DNA of 64,000 nt from Octopus vulgaris (GCA_951406725.2 OX597840.1:2542001-2606000); one strand, 5' to 3'. Positions 32,843 through 46,279 are shown, numbered from the stretch's first letter. Notes: generated by a model from the sequence alone, not told the origin. Numbers and translations are program-made.

Positions 32843-33289
32843 TAGATTTCATTGATAATAACGAGAAGGAAATCATATGAAGAGTATGGTCAGAACAAGA
32901 GGGAAATTATTCTGCTGGAATTTTAGGAGTAGTAGACGCTTAATTAGATTAAATTTGTATGAATGCTTGCAGAAAGGGAGGGAATTGTTTAGATTTAATG
33001 ATGTAGCTGTGTCGCTCTATGTCACGAAGGTACAAATATTGTTGGATAATCTTAATACAGAAATTTGTGTGATCGACTATAGAGACAGAAAGGCTGGCGT
33101 TGAAGCACAAATGAATATTTGGTTGGAGACGGAAGAGAGACGTTAACTGCTCAAGCAATAATGTATGAGTTGTATATAAATAAATAGCGAGAGAGAGAGA
33201 AATACGGATAGTCAGGCAGAGGGAAAGACAGATAAGCGGACAGATAGACAGACAGATAGGAACGTAGACAGATAGATACAGATAGATAG

Positions 33290-33382
33290 GCACATGCATA
33301 GGCAGATAGGTAGCTATAGAGAGAGACAGACGGACATACAGACAGATAGACAGACAGATAGATAGATAGTTAGACAGATATA

Positions 33383-33451
<69 letters not shown>

Positions 33452-33452
33452 G

Positions 33453-33501
<49 letters not shown>

Positions 33502-33502
33502 A

Positions 33503-33563
<61 letters not shown>

Positions 33564-33565
33564 GG

Positions 33566-33624
<59 letters not shown>

Positions 33625-33645
33625 GTAGATAGGTAGATAGGTAGG

Positions 33646-33710
<65 letters not shown>

Positions 33711-33784
33711 GGATTGATAGATAGATTGATAGATAGATAGATGGATAGATAGAAAGACAGACATATAGATAGATAAATAGATAG

Positions 33785-33829
<45 letters not shown>

Positions 33830-33840
33830 TAGTGAGAGAG
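33290..33840. repeat. (GATA)n/(TA)n/(GA)n compound microsatellite
   Basis: Direct inspection. Confidence 0.95.
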
Positions 33841-34426
33841 AAAAAAAGTTAGGCATGCAGATAGATAGGTACATGAATAGACAGAGAGGGAGTGAGAGGG
33901 AGAAGAGAGTGTATGTGTGTGCGAGAAAGGTTAGGTTTACACACAGATAGGTTCATGGACAGACAGACAAACAGACAGATAGATAAATAGATGAATAGGG
34001 GGAAACGATAAGTGTAGAGATAGAAAGATAGATGGATAAAGAGAGAAAAACAAACACATGAAAAAATGTATTATACCAATTAGTTCTCTTAAATGACATA
34101 GCAACGCCTTTATCTCGCGTTTATTAGATTTCAAGTGCAGATGTGTGGATATTTGGGCCCAAGGCTTTCGTGCGTATAGATGCGTATCGCCTTGCATGCG
34201 TGTGCGTTTTTTCCATTTTCCTGTATGATTATGAATGTATTTATGCGTGTGTGGTCGCTTTGTTTAATGTGGTGGGCAGGTTTGGTATGTGGATGTGTGA
34301 GAAGGCAGCTTCGTTGATATTATTGTTCTTTTATTTGTCTCGGAACACCTGTATGTAACTGAAAAATCTCTATAATTCATACGCTGTGGCAGTGAACCAA
34401 GAGACACAGCACCTATTCTGTCAACA

Positions 34427-34457
<31 letters not shown>

Positions 34458-34789
34458 TGCACACACACACATACACACATACATTCCCTTTAGTCACCTT
34501 TAATGAACAGGGTGCACTTACGAGCGCCTTTACTACTCTACCTATTCTCAGCCAAGAAGTAACTCATGATTTTAATAATCAAGTACGCTATGTTCCAGAG
34601 AAAAATTTTATATTTATAGGTGTGTGTCAGTGTATATAATCCCCACATTTTCACACCTACACATACACACATGCACACGTCAAGGTCACCAGCCCTCTTT
34701 CACACGCACATACGTACTCTCTTACGAACCCGCGCACCTTAGTTTTGGGATCACTACTACTTTGTTATCTCCCCGACTTCTTAGCTCTC

Positions 34790-35008
34790 CTGTATGACCC
34801 CTCTGTCCGGCATTCGCCATGACAGATCGGTAGCCACTACACACGTTTTTCTCTCCTTGTTTCTTTGTGTGTTCCTTTCTGTAGAAGAGCGTAGGCTCGA
34901 AATGTTAAAGACTTTTTCAATTCCCGAGTGTTATACTAATACATCTGTTTGTTTTCTACACCACCTGTCTGCGTCTTTTGTATTTTTCGTGAATTCTTCC
35001 CCTGTATT

Positions 35009-35010
<2 letters not shown>
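34790..35010 (+). mobile_element. Second copy of the A6U-variant hammerhead repeat
   Basis: cttt CTGTAGA a gagc gtag gctc GAAA TGTT aaag (34875-34910); ends at (TA)n. Confidence 0.6.
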
Positions 35011-35065
<55 letters not shown>

Positions 35066-35446
35066 ATGTGTGTGTATATATATACATGTATGTATGTATG
35101 CATGTATGTATATGTATATACGAGTGGGTGAAAGAAATTTTCTGCCTTGAAGGGTATCATGAAAAGCCTTGCCGGGGGCCCAGCATTCCGCGTTCTTTTA
35201 CAGGGCTACAGGGCTTAGAAGAACTGAAGGAGGGATGTCAAAAGCGTGTGAATCTCGTCAAGAATAATCAGCCGAAATTGCGAGGATAATCTGGTGCTTC
35301 GTTGAGGAAAAAAAAACTTCGAATGACCCGTCCTTGTTTTCTTTGTATCGTCTATCTGGATGTTTTGTTGTCCCTTTTTGTATCACCTAGTAGTTGTCCG
35401 GATGTTGTGCGTTCTTGTCCCATTTTGTATTTTATATATTTATATA

Positions 35447-35914
35447 TATTATATTAAATTAGAGATAAAACCACTATTAGGCAAATCAAACAGTGAAAAA
35501 CATAAGCCAATACATAAAATTAATGTTAAAATATAAAAGTTAAAAATTAAAAAATTATTAAAATAATTTAAACTTATAAATTTTAAATATATATATACAT
35601 ATATATATATATATATGTATGTATATTTTTATATTTATATATTAATTTGTTTAATTAATTAATTAATTTATTTTTATTTTTATTTTTATGTTAATTTAAA
35701 TTTTTTTTTAAATATAAATATCAAAAGTATTAAAAGTTTAATAAAAGATAAAGATAAAGTGTTTTACTCTTTATCTTTTATTAAACTTTTAATACTTTTA
35801 TATATAAAATACTTTTAATACTTTTATATATAAAAAAATCAAAAATAAAAATAAAAATAAAATTAAAATAAATTAATTAATTAATTAAACAAAATAATAT
35901 ATAAATATAAAAAT

Positions 35915-35978
<64 letters not shown>

Positions 35979-36203
35979 ATATATATATTTAAAATTTATA
36001 AGTTTAAATTATTTTAATAATTTTTTAATTTTTAACTTTTATATTTTGAAATTTATGTATTGGCTTATGTTTTTCACTGTTTGATTTGCCTAGTGGTTTT
36101 ATCTCTTATTTAATATAATATGATATAATATATTTATATTATAAAATTGGATTTAATCCTAAATCTAATTTATCCCTGTAAGTTTGGATTTATTCCCTAA
36201 TAT

Positions 36204-36207
<4 letters not shown>
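35447..36207 (+). repeat. Long AT-rich inverted repeat (~315-bp arms) with a one-sided 3' tail, in (TA)n
   Basis: 35447-35760 is an inverted copy of ~35765-36120. The tail is 36121-36207. Arm sequence recurs at 58330-58398. Confidence 0.8.
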
Positions 36208-36248
<41 letters not shown>

Positions 36249-36250
36249 TA

Positions 36251-36786
36251 GATAAGAAAGTTGGTGAATATATATTCACGTGGGTGAATATATAGAAAAT
36301 AGTAAAGAGTGAAAAAAACTACAGAAGGCTTAAATGTTAAAAAATATATATATTTGCGTCAATATGTCTGAAGAATATTAAAAAATTTTTTTTTTAATTT
36401 TTTCTCTTATAATGACATAATTTAAAAGAAAGACCGGTTTCGCGTTTAGCTTTTCAAATTTCTTGCGACGTTATGTTTATGTTGAATAGAGTTATCGTTA
36501 TGTTTATGTTCAGGAGCGTTCTACATAAGGGGAGGTAGAAGAAATCACTCACTACCCCCCCCTTATTTAGAACCCTCCTGAACATAAACATAACGATAAC
36601 TCTATTCAACATAAACATAACGTCGCAAGAAATTAAAAAAGCTAAACGGGAAACCGGTCTTTCTTTTAAATTATGTCATTATAAGAGAAAAAACTTTTTT
36701 TTTATTTTTCAATATTCTTCAGACATATTGACGCAAATATATATATTTTTAACATTTAAGCCTTCTGTATTTTTTTCACTCTTTAC

Positions 36787-36793
<7 letters not shown>
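36251..36793 (-). mobile_element. Palindromic insertion (~243-bp arms, ~13-nt spacer) with variant hammerheads and a one-sided tail
   Basis: 36296-36538 is an inverted copy of 36552-36793. The minus strand reads aagaaa t TTGAAAA gc taaac gc GAAAC CG GTC tttctt. Confidence 0.8.
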
Positions 36794-36835
<42 letters not shown>

Positions 36836-36905
36836 CATACATACATACATACATACATACATACATACATACATACATACATACATACATACATACATAC
36901 ATACA

Positions 36906-36938
<33 letters not shown>

Positions 36939-37134
36939 GTATCTCTGTATATATTCTCCTAATCTCCTGAGTTATGAAGCTATCTCTGTCTGACGAGTCG
37001 AGATATAAAACTAACAGTCAGTGGAATATAATGAGCATTCCAATTTCGAACTGAAATTACCGTGGAGAAAAAAAAATGTAATGGTTAGAATGTGTGAAAA
37101 CAACCGGGTTATTCAGTGTCGCCATCTACTAGGA

Positions 37135-37180
37135 ATTCCAGACATCGATGTTTCGAGTTTTTTACTCTTGTCAATGAGAT
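37135..37180 (-). ncRNA. Minimal hammerhead, U3-A8 variant, decayed stem I
   Basis: ca TTGACAA gag taaaaaa ctc GAA ACATCGATGT C tg, with a 10-nt palindromic stem III. Confidence 0.55.
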
Positions 37181-37453
37181 GTAGCTAAGAGAAACAACTT
37201 TGAACAAATTTAATAGAGCCGTAGTTTTATATATAATTCAGTCAACATGTCTGATTTGCACTAGTTGATCACCGACCAGGGAAAATAACGAAGTGTCAGC
37301 ACGAGGCAGTGTGTAAGTATGAGGAGAATTAGGTACGTTGAAATATGTTTGTCACATATTTCAAGTGCTAAAGGCATATATGAGTGACATATAAAAATAT
37401 AAATTGGTGACAATTTACCTATCGAACCCTGTATATATATATATATATATATA

Positions 37454-37677
37454 CTTTATTTAAGCAGCAGAAATTCAACAACCTGTTACTCGGAGTTTCA
37501 TGTTCCCGTTCGTCAGGCAGTTATTGTTAAAAAAAAACTGTCCGACGAACGGGAACGTGAAACTCCGAGTAATAGGTTTTATTGAATTTCTGCTGCTTTT
37601 AAATAAAGCATATTACTCTACCCCTGGTATTGAGTACTCTTTTTCCACCTTGTTTCACATTTATGTGTTTACTCCGG
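37454..37677 (+). mobile_element. Inverted-pLTR mini-element with hammerheads on both strands
   Basis: Arms 37454-37522 and 37536-37608. Minus strand has CTGACGA (37510-16). Plus strand has ctgt CCGACGA acg GGAA cgt GAAACTCCGAGTA atag, then AATAAA, a ~70-bp tail and (TA)n. Confidence 0.8.
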
Positions 37678-37684
37678 TATATAC

Positions 37685-37739
<55 letters not shown>

Positions 37740-38084
37740 TATATACATGTATGTATATACATACATATTTATGTATATATATGCATACATATGTTCATTC
37801 ATATATATATTTGCATATGTACGTGTGTGATGTGTGTGCGCATGCGGGATTCCATTTATATGTATATTAAATGTTGGCATGCCCGATCATACAAGGGATA
37901 AATAATACATTTTTTGTCATTGTTGAATTCCTTTGAGAGTATTATAAATGCCTTACCTTATTCTTATCTTCCTAAGTAAATCGGTAGATGATGGTTTTTA
38001 ATCGGTTGGCAAACAGATCATCTTCCTCGTTCAACTTCTTAAAACCCGAAGGATATATACATTTATACGTATGCTTGTTTGTAT

Positions 38085-38157
<73 letters not shown>

Positions 38158-38212
38158 CTGATTGATTAATATTTAGAGAGATTGATAGACAGACAGATAG
38201 ATAGATAGATAA

Positions 38213-38244
<32 letters not shown>

Positions 38245-38328
38245 TTAGATAGATATATTGAGTGATTTAAATACATATAAACGTAAATCTAATTTTTTGC
38301 ATATATTTATATATTTATGTATATGTGG

Positions 38329-38360
<32 letters not shown>

Positions 38361-38379
38361 ATGCGTACGTGGGTATGTA

Positions 38380-38492
<113 letters not shown>

Positions 38493-39547
38493 TCCTGCAT
38501 TTGTACATTGTGTTGAAGGATTTAAAAGAGGCTTGAAGGACGTAAAAGCTATCAGTTCTTTACGTCCGTCATTGAGCCATATAAGAAATCTCTCTCTCCC
38601 ACTTTTTCTTCCTCGCTTTCACACACATCCACACATACATACATAATACATACCTACACACACATGCTCACTCACGCATACGTACACACAGGCACACTCA
38701 CACGCACACACAGGTACACACGCCCACTCACATTCCGTAAATGGTACTTGAAAACGTTCATAATATTTGCTAGTCGTTTCGTATTTTCATCTCTCTCTCT
38801 CTCTCTCCCCCATTCTCTCTACTTCTGCTTCTGCTTCTGCTTCTACTTCTCCTTCTAATTCAGCTTCTGCTACCAAAAGTGAATCTTTAGATTTTTAGCT
38901 GCAGGAAATATAATCCAATTCCTTGCGAAAATTCACATGTTGTTGCAATGATTGATACGGTGCAATTTCTTTCTATAATGTTCCACCGTGATACACAGCG
39001 TGTATGATGTGAGTCTGTAACAGCATATGGCATTAATCATCGCGACCTTCTCAAGCTGCTTCCTGGCGCCCATTATTCTATTCTCACACCGTCTTTCTGG
39101 CTTTTTCGCTGTTTAGTCTAACGGATGATTGATTGGTTGTGTACAAATCGATGTTATTTTTCGTAAATATATCTTAGCGCGGCGGAAAGCAACAGCAAAA
39201 ACACTAAAGCAAGAATATAAAGGAAGATGAAGAAAGCTTGTATGTCTAAACAACAGTAATGTGCAGCGAACGCTTACTGCAATGCCATGTGCTGTGTCTG
39301 ATAAAACCATTCAGATGATGTTACGATTCTTACTCTTCTTGCAGTCATTGTTGTTGTTATTACTCTTTGTTATTACTGTTTGTTATTACTGTTATTTCTA
39401 CCGTTGATTGGTTGATTGCCTTCCCGCCATAATCCAGGTTAGCTCGGATCGAACAGACCTATCACCAAATGCATCCGAACTGTGACCATCCCGACTTATT
39501 AAAATCAGCTCGGACAGTATTTTATTACATGTATTTCGTTTATATAA

Positions 39548-40036
39548 GTGGAGGCGCGTGGCTTAGTGGTTAGGGTGCCAGCATCATGATCGTAAGATTA
39601 TGGTTTCGATTCCTGGACCGGGCGACGCGTTGTGTTCTTTAGCAAAACACTTCATTTTACGTTGCTCCAGTCCACTCAGCTGGCAAAAATGAGTAACGCT
39701 GCGATGGACTGGCGTCCCCTCCAGCTGGGGAACACATACGTCATAGAAACCGGGAAACCGGGCCCATGAACTTTGCTAGGCTTCGAGAGGGCACAAGTGG
39801 AGGCGCGTTGCTTAGTGGTTAGGGTGACAGCATCATGATCGTGAGATTGTGCTTTCGATTCCTAGACCGGGCGACGCGTTGTGTTCTTAAGCAAAACACG
39901 TTGCCCCAGTCAACTCAGCTGGCAAAAATGTGTAACGCTGCGATGGACTGGCATCCGGTCCAGCTGGGGAACACATACGCCATAGAAACCGGGAAACCGG
40001 GCCCATGAGCCTGGCTAGCCTTTAAGAGGGCGCATT
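39548..40036 (+). mobile_element. Head-to-tail dimer of a tRNA-derived SINE (body X + tail P)
   Basis: gtggaggcgcgtggcttagtggtt..ggtttcgattcc at 39548 and again at 39797; the unit is ~249 bp. Confidence 0.9.
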
Positions 40037-40164
40037 TATTCTATTTTATTTCTTTTATAAACAGACGGTGCGTTTCCTTTCACTTCTACACGTGTTCCAG
40101 TCAAATGCAAAAGTCAACTTCGGCGGAATTTGACCTCTTAACGTACCGACGGGCGAAATACCTA

Positions 40165-40395
40165 TTTCGTTATTGCTCACAAGGGGCTAAACACAGAGAG
40201 GACAAACAAGGACAGACAAACGGATTAAGTCGATTATATCGACCCCAGTGCGTAATTGGTACTTATTTAATCGACCCCGAAAAGATGAAAGGCAAAGTCG
40301 ACCTCGGCGGAATTTGAACTCAGAACGTAACGGCAGACGAAATACCGCTGAGCATTTCGCCCGGCGCGCTAACGTTTCTGCCAGCTCGCCGCCAT
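40165..40395 (-). mobile_element. SINE family 2, near full length, with neighbouring fragments
   Basis: Head ggcggcgagctggcagaaacgtt on the minus strand; related pieces at 40105-40160 and 40400-40680. Confidence 0.9.
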
Positions 40396-41489
40396 TGACA
40401 GGCGAAATACCGCTAAGCAGTTCGTCCAGCGTACAGACGATTCTACCAGCTCAATGGTGATGATGATAATAATAATAATCATTCCTACAAAAGGCTCGAG
40501 GTCTGAAATCTTGGAGGTGGGAGCTAGTCGATGAACTCTAGTTCAGCATTCGACACGTAGTATTTTTTTTATGGAATCCGAACAGATGAAAACAATTTCG
40601 GCCTCGGTGGAATTTGAACTCAAAACGTAAAAACGGACGCAGTTCGGATAAGCCTGCGAAGGATTCTACGAGCACGCTATCCTTGTAATAATAACAATTG
40701 TTTTAAATTCGTTAATGATTCGTTCACAGTAGTTCGTCTGACTGCGTAATTCTCACATGCTATTTTCATTAGATCCCAAATTATAAATCCATTTATTTAT
40801 TAAACAGCAATTTTTATACTTTCCGCTGCCCCGTTATTGACGATGCTATTTCGTGGATTGCAAACAATCTGACTAAATCTTTTATTGCATCGCTTAATCA
40901 GAACCGTAAGAGCAGCGGCCGTCACGTTGTACAAGCTGCTCCGAGATTAATTAGGAAATAATACGAGGCAGAAACCATTCGCCATTACCGCCGCCATATA
41001 TTCGCTTCGCTGTCGTAATTGCTGTTAGCATAAAGCCCCAACTAAGCCGTTATAAAGGAGATCTGTAATTCGAGCGTTCCAACCGCGCTCATTTCGTCTA
41101 TTCGTGTATTATCTTATTTTTTAATTTCACCATATTTTTATTGAAATATATTTCCCTTCAAATACACTACCTTTGTTACATTGAATTTTGAAAATAGTGA
41201 ATTATTTATCGAAGCGTATCGTCGTTATTAAACCGAGTTTGGAAGATAAATAACCGTGGATTCTATGACGGAAGGGTTAAATTTAGATCACTGTAACAAT
41301 TTTTTGTTATACCATTTCCGTTGAAATACACTACGTTTCAATAATTTTGGAAGATAATGACGAATTTAGTAAAATGTTTTTGTTCTTCTACTGGCGTTTG
41401 GCACAAAAATTGGCTGAAATTTTGATGGAGAATTTTAACCAAGATAGAATTTTGCTACCGGGCTTCTGTTGAAATGCCCTGCAATTGTC

Positions 41490-42320
41490 TGAATCAGTTT
41501 GGAAAACAACGAAGAATTTTGTAGAATGGGACCTGTGTTTGAACGTGTTAAAGTGCTGTCATCTGCCTGTTGGCTCTTCTCCTGCAACTCAACTTGATTT
41601 CGAGCCGGGTCGTCTGCTGCTGGAGAGGACCGACCAGGTAAAGGACCTGGGTATCTTTGTGGATTCTTCCTTTTCGCCTTCGGCCCAGTGCGTCCATGCT
41701 GCCACCAAAGCACGCGGAGTTCTGTTTGATTCGACGTTCATTCGGAATGCTCACAGCAGCCATATTCCTACCGCTCTATGTCACGCTGGTGAGACCATTA
41801 TTGGAGTACGGGATTCAAGCCTCTTCTCCTTATCTCTTCAAAGACATACATCATCTCGAAAGAGTCCAGAAGCTGGTTACCCGCATGGTTCTTAGTCTCA
41901 AGCATTTCTTATGAAGAAAGGCTGAAGACACTCGACCTTTACTCTCTAGAAAAACGACGACGCCGTGGTGATCTCATTCTTGCTCACAACATCATAAGCG
42001 GAAAGTGTAACCTCTCGAAAGAGCTGTTCTTCACTCCTGCTCCAGAGCGTCGGCTGCGGGGTCACTCCGAAAAGCTCTATCTGCGACGAGTTCATCTCAA
42101 TCGAAGGAGAGGGGCCTTCTCCGTCCGGGTTGCGGATCCGTGGAATAAGCTGCCGGACTAGATAGTGAAGATGCCGACGACCGCTCGGTTCAAAGTCTCT
42201 CTTGATTAGAAATGGCCTGAACTCTTTGCATGAACACCTTCCCTGTACTTAACTCCATGTTCCCCTACACGGCCTTGTTTTTTGCTTTTTGAGCTATAAA
42301 ATTAACTTTAACTTTAACTT
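41490..42320 (+). mobile_element. CR1-like LINE, 5'-truncated
   Basis: KDLGIFVD, LVRPLLEYG, LERVQ, YEERL..LYSLEKRR.RGDLI and RLRGHSEKL, with an (aacttt)n tail. Frameshifts are present. Confidence 0.9.
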
Positions 42321-42321
42321 A

Positions 42322-42666
42322 CTCTCGCCTCCTTGTGAGAGTTCAAAATCTCTAGTGGAAGCGTCTTCAAACCAAAATGCAAATATATGGAAAACTACCA
42401 CCTGTATCATCTCTTGTGAAAGGTAGAAGAGTCCAGTTTGCTGGACATTGTTGTAGAGCTGAAAACTAGGTAATTTCTACTCTTCTCCTCTGGAAGCCAT
42501 CTACTCGCGATACCAGAAAGCGCACACTCTCCTACCCTGATGTAATCTCCAGGGATACAGGCATCCAGCAACAAGACGTCCGTAATGATATGATGGACCG
42601 TGAAGTCTGGCGTAACATAGTAAATTCCATTGTCTCGACCACGGTAGAACAATGATAATGATGATG
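42322..42666 (+). mobile_element. RTE-like LINE 3' end
   Basis: IYGKLPPVS..RRVQFAGHC.R..LLLWKP..MMDREVWR with a (TGA)n tail. Confidence 0.75.
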
Positions 42667-42750
42667 TAGAATAACTCTATCGTTATTAAACTATTCCTTA
42701 GAAGATAAATTAACAAGAAAGTTTGATGGAAGCTTTCAATATTGCCCACT

Positions 42751-43135
42751 TTAACCCCTTTGTAAATATATTTCTGTTGAAATATTCCAAGTTTTGTCAG
42801 ACTTAATTTGCAGCAAAATAAAGAATTTGATAAAATAAATCTCGATATAAAGCTGGTGGGAGAAATATTAATTAACTTGGAATTTTTACTGAAAGTGTTA
42901 ACTAAGATTCACATTAATACTTTTGTTACCGTATTCCTGTTGGAATACAGTCTTGATTCAATTAATTCGGAAGATACGAAGAATTTGGGAAAATAATTTT
43001 GTCATTATTCAGCTGATGTTTAGAGCATTAGTTAATACAGAATTAGGATGACAAATTTTAACAGACATGCTTTTAAAATCGAAAGTTGGTGTCATCGAAG
43101 AAGTATTGGCTTTACAGGGAAGGAGATTAGTCGGT
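42751..43135 (+). repeat. Decayed AT-rich MITE-like repeat; related copies at 41130-41460
   Basis: Starts TTAACCC. The motif atatttctgttgaaata..aattttg..aagaattt recurs four times locally. Confidence 0.45.
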
Positions 43136-43609
43136 TATATGTTGCTTTTTGCTAGATAGGGGTGCTGGACTCCCTGTTCGAAAATATAAGGAGACAGATA
43201 TTGTGCCGTATAGCCAACTGGAAACGATGTTTACTGAGGCTAAACAACAGTAACAACCGTCCTATCCAGCACATCACATTATGTTGCCAAATAGTCTTTA
43301 CTTTAAAGAACTGTTACTGAATATCTCTCTTTGAGAGATTTAGAAATAATAACGTTTATGTAGCTGGAAAAAGGAAGACGTGTTCTTGTTTGTCTCCTGT
43401 CCAAGCTTGATTTTCGCGTTCGCCACAACGAACTCCTTTAGACGTAGCAGCCCTTCCTGTTTGTTTTCACTGTCCCGTTTGTGTTACCTATTTTAACCCT
43501 CCGCAAAATCCCAAATTTTATCGAAAGCCTATATTGTTGTTAAATGCTCGAAATACGAGACTAGAAAATCAGCCAACACCTGACGAAGGGTCGTTCTTTA
43601 CAAACCTTC

Positions 43610-43697
<88 letters not shown>

Positions 43698-43949
43698 CTT
43701 GCAAATAAGGGCTAAAGAAAATTATTTCTATGCCAATATGCTGATAACAGACTTTTAAATCGTCAATTTCCACATATTATTTACTCGCTACAGAAAATAC
43801 GTAGAGCTGAATCGAGGAAAGCCAGCCAATAGAATTTTAAAAAAAAGTTCGTTATTTCTATATTGAATCAATTTCAGAATTAATCTCAATATATCTCTAA
43901 GGGCGGTGCCCCATAGCCGGATGACTAAACAAGTAAAAGAGTAAAAGAG

Positions 43950-43980
<31 letters not shown>

Positions 43981-43983
<3 letters not shown>

Positions 43984-45443
43984 CAACAATTGAGGGTAAA
44001 ATTAATTAATTATTAATCAAATTTCACCAAGTATTCAGTATGTAAAGGGACAATTTTAGGCGAATTCAAAATATTACATTATATATAAGGGCTTCAAGGA
44101 ATTCTGAGCTGACGAAAGAAATGTCGAATTGACTAATCTAGAAACGTACGTTCTCAAATAACCTTTGCACTTGATTTTTTAATGTTTTTTCCCCCATACC
44201 TTTGTGAGTTGGTTTAGGCAAACACTATCTGAGAGAGATCTTCTTTAAGTATTAGAAATAGCTGAAGAAATTTCTTTAGCTGCTATTTCTAATGAGTTCA
44301 GTATGTGGCAAAGTAATTTATTTTACTAAGCCCTTATATATAATGTAATATTTTGAATTCGCCTAAAATGGTCCCTTTACATACTGAATACTTGGTGAAA
44401 TTGATTAATAATTAATTAATTTTACCCTCAATTGTTGAAATTATAATTCATCTCTCTCTGTTAAATGCTGCGGTTTTCACCGTTAATACATGGTGTTTGT
44501 CAATTTTAACCCACGCTGGTGGAAAGGGGAGAGCAGAAATTCTTCGCTTGCATATTCGGATTTGATAGCACTTTTAGTTCGAGCAGAATTCTAGAAGTGA
44601 TAAGAAGCCGAAAGGGTATGCTCCCGACTTTCAGTGTTCCCAAATCCGATTCAAGGAATTCTGAGCTGACGAAAGAAATGTCGAATTGACTAATCTAGAA
44701 ACGTACGTTCTCAAATAACCTTTGCACTTGATTTTTTAATGTTTTTTCCCCCATACCTTTGTGAGTTGGTTTAGGCAAACACTATCTGAGAGAGATCTTC
44801 TTTAAGTATTAGAAATAGCTGAAGAAATTTCTTTAGCTGCTATTTCTAATGAGTTCAGTATGTGGCAAAGTAATTTATTTTACTAAGCCCTTATATATAA
44901 TGTAATATTTTGAATTCGCCTAAAATGGTCCCTTTACATACTGAATACTTGGTGAAATTGATTAATAATTAATTAATTTTACCCTCAATTGTTGAAATTA
45001 TAATTCATCTCTCTCTGTTAAATGCTGCGGTTTTCACCGTTAATACATGGTGTTTGTCAATTTTAACCCACGCTGGTGGAAAGGGAGAGCAGAAATTCTT
45101 CGCTTGCATATTCGGATTTGATAGCACTTTTAGTTCGAGCAGAATTCTAGAAGTGATAAGAAGCCGAAAGGGTATGCTCCCGACTTTCAGTGTTCCCAAA
45201 TCCGATTCAAGGAATTCTGAGCTGACGAAAGAAATGTCGAATTGACTAACTAGAAACGTACGTTCTCAAATAACCTTTGCACTTGATTTTTTAATGTTTT
45301 TTCCCCCATACCTTTGTGAGTTGGTTTAGGCAAACACTATCTGAGAGAGATCTTCTTTAAGTATTAGAAATAGCTGAAGAAATTTCTTTAGCTGCTATTT
45401 CTAATGAGTTCAGTATGTGGCAAAGTAATTTATTTTACTAAGC
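43981..45443 (+). mobile_element. Retrozyme-like tandem array: ~2.4 copies of a 557/556-bp unit with three hammerheads, plus a 114-bp inverted segment
   Basis: CTGACGA at 44109, 44666 and 45222, each followed by stem II, GAA-ACGTACGT-T and a tgag/ctca stem I. 43981-44094 is an inverted copy of 44328-44440. (TA)n on both sides. Confidence 0.85.
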
Positions 45444-45561
<118 letters not shown>

Positions 45562-46181
45562 TGTATATATATATATATATATACATGTGTGTGTTTGCGC
45601 GTGCTTGTGTGTGTGTTTGCCAGAACTCCACAAGGTTGGACAACTAGAGTTGGTGCATTTACTACCCGTTAACTTAGCGGTTCAGCAACAGATGTATGAT
45701 AGAATATAAACCAATGCTTACTGAATAAGTATTGTTCGACTAAACGCATATACATAAGTCGGTCCTGCGGCATGGCCGCAGCCCGATGACTATAACAAGC
45801 AACATATAAAAGATATTGCAACGCAGCATAGAAACCCGACAATAATCATACGACAACCATGATCTCTTCCCACTTACGTGGATTTCCATAATAGATTTGC
45901 AAGGTACTCTTGGAGAAAGGGAGATATAATTCTTTACAAACATATATCTGGGTATAGTTAAATTAATTTCCTAATTAATTAATTAATTAGTAAACGTAAT
46001 TAATGGATTAATTAATAATTAAACCATTCTCTAAACTTGGAATTGGGATTTCTCAATCCTATTCGCTTTTACATGCAAGTACACTACCACTCGCAGATAT
46101 CTTCTCTGTTTTTATTCACATAAATACATGTATGGAGAGGAATGGTAATGCACACATATATGAGATAGGTAGATAGATAGG

Positions 46182-46277
<96 letters not shown>

Positions 46278-46279
<2 letters not shown>

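Noticed and set aside
36984-37068. CTGACGA...GAAA with a long stem II
   Set aside because: Stems I and III are unconvincing.
38880-39330. Non-repetitive stretch (also 40700-41050) as a possible exon or enhancer
   Set aside because: No convincing ORF, splice pattern or homology is visible without alignments.
45005-45245. Short ORFs within the 557-bp unit
   Set aside because: No recognisable motif, and a 1-nt indel between copies breaks the frame.
44093-45443. Tandem array as CRISPR or satellite DNA
   Set aside because: There are no unique spacers, the context is eukaryotic, and only ~2.4 units are present.
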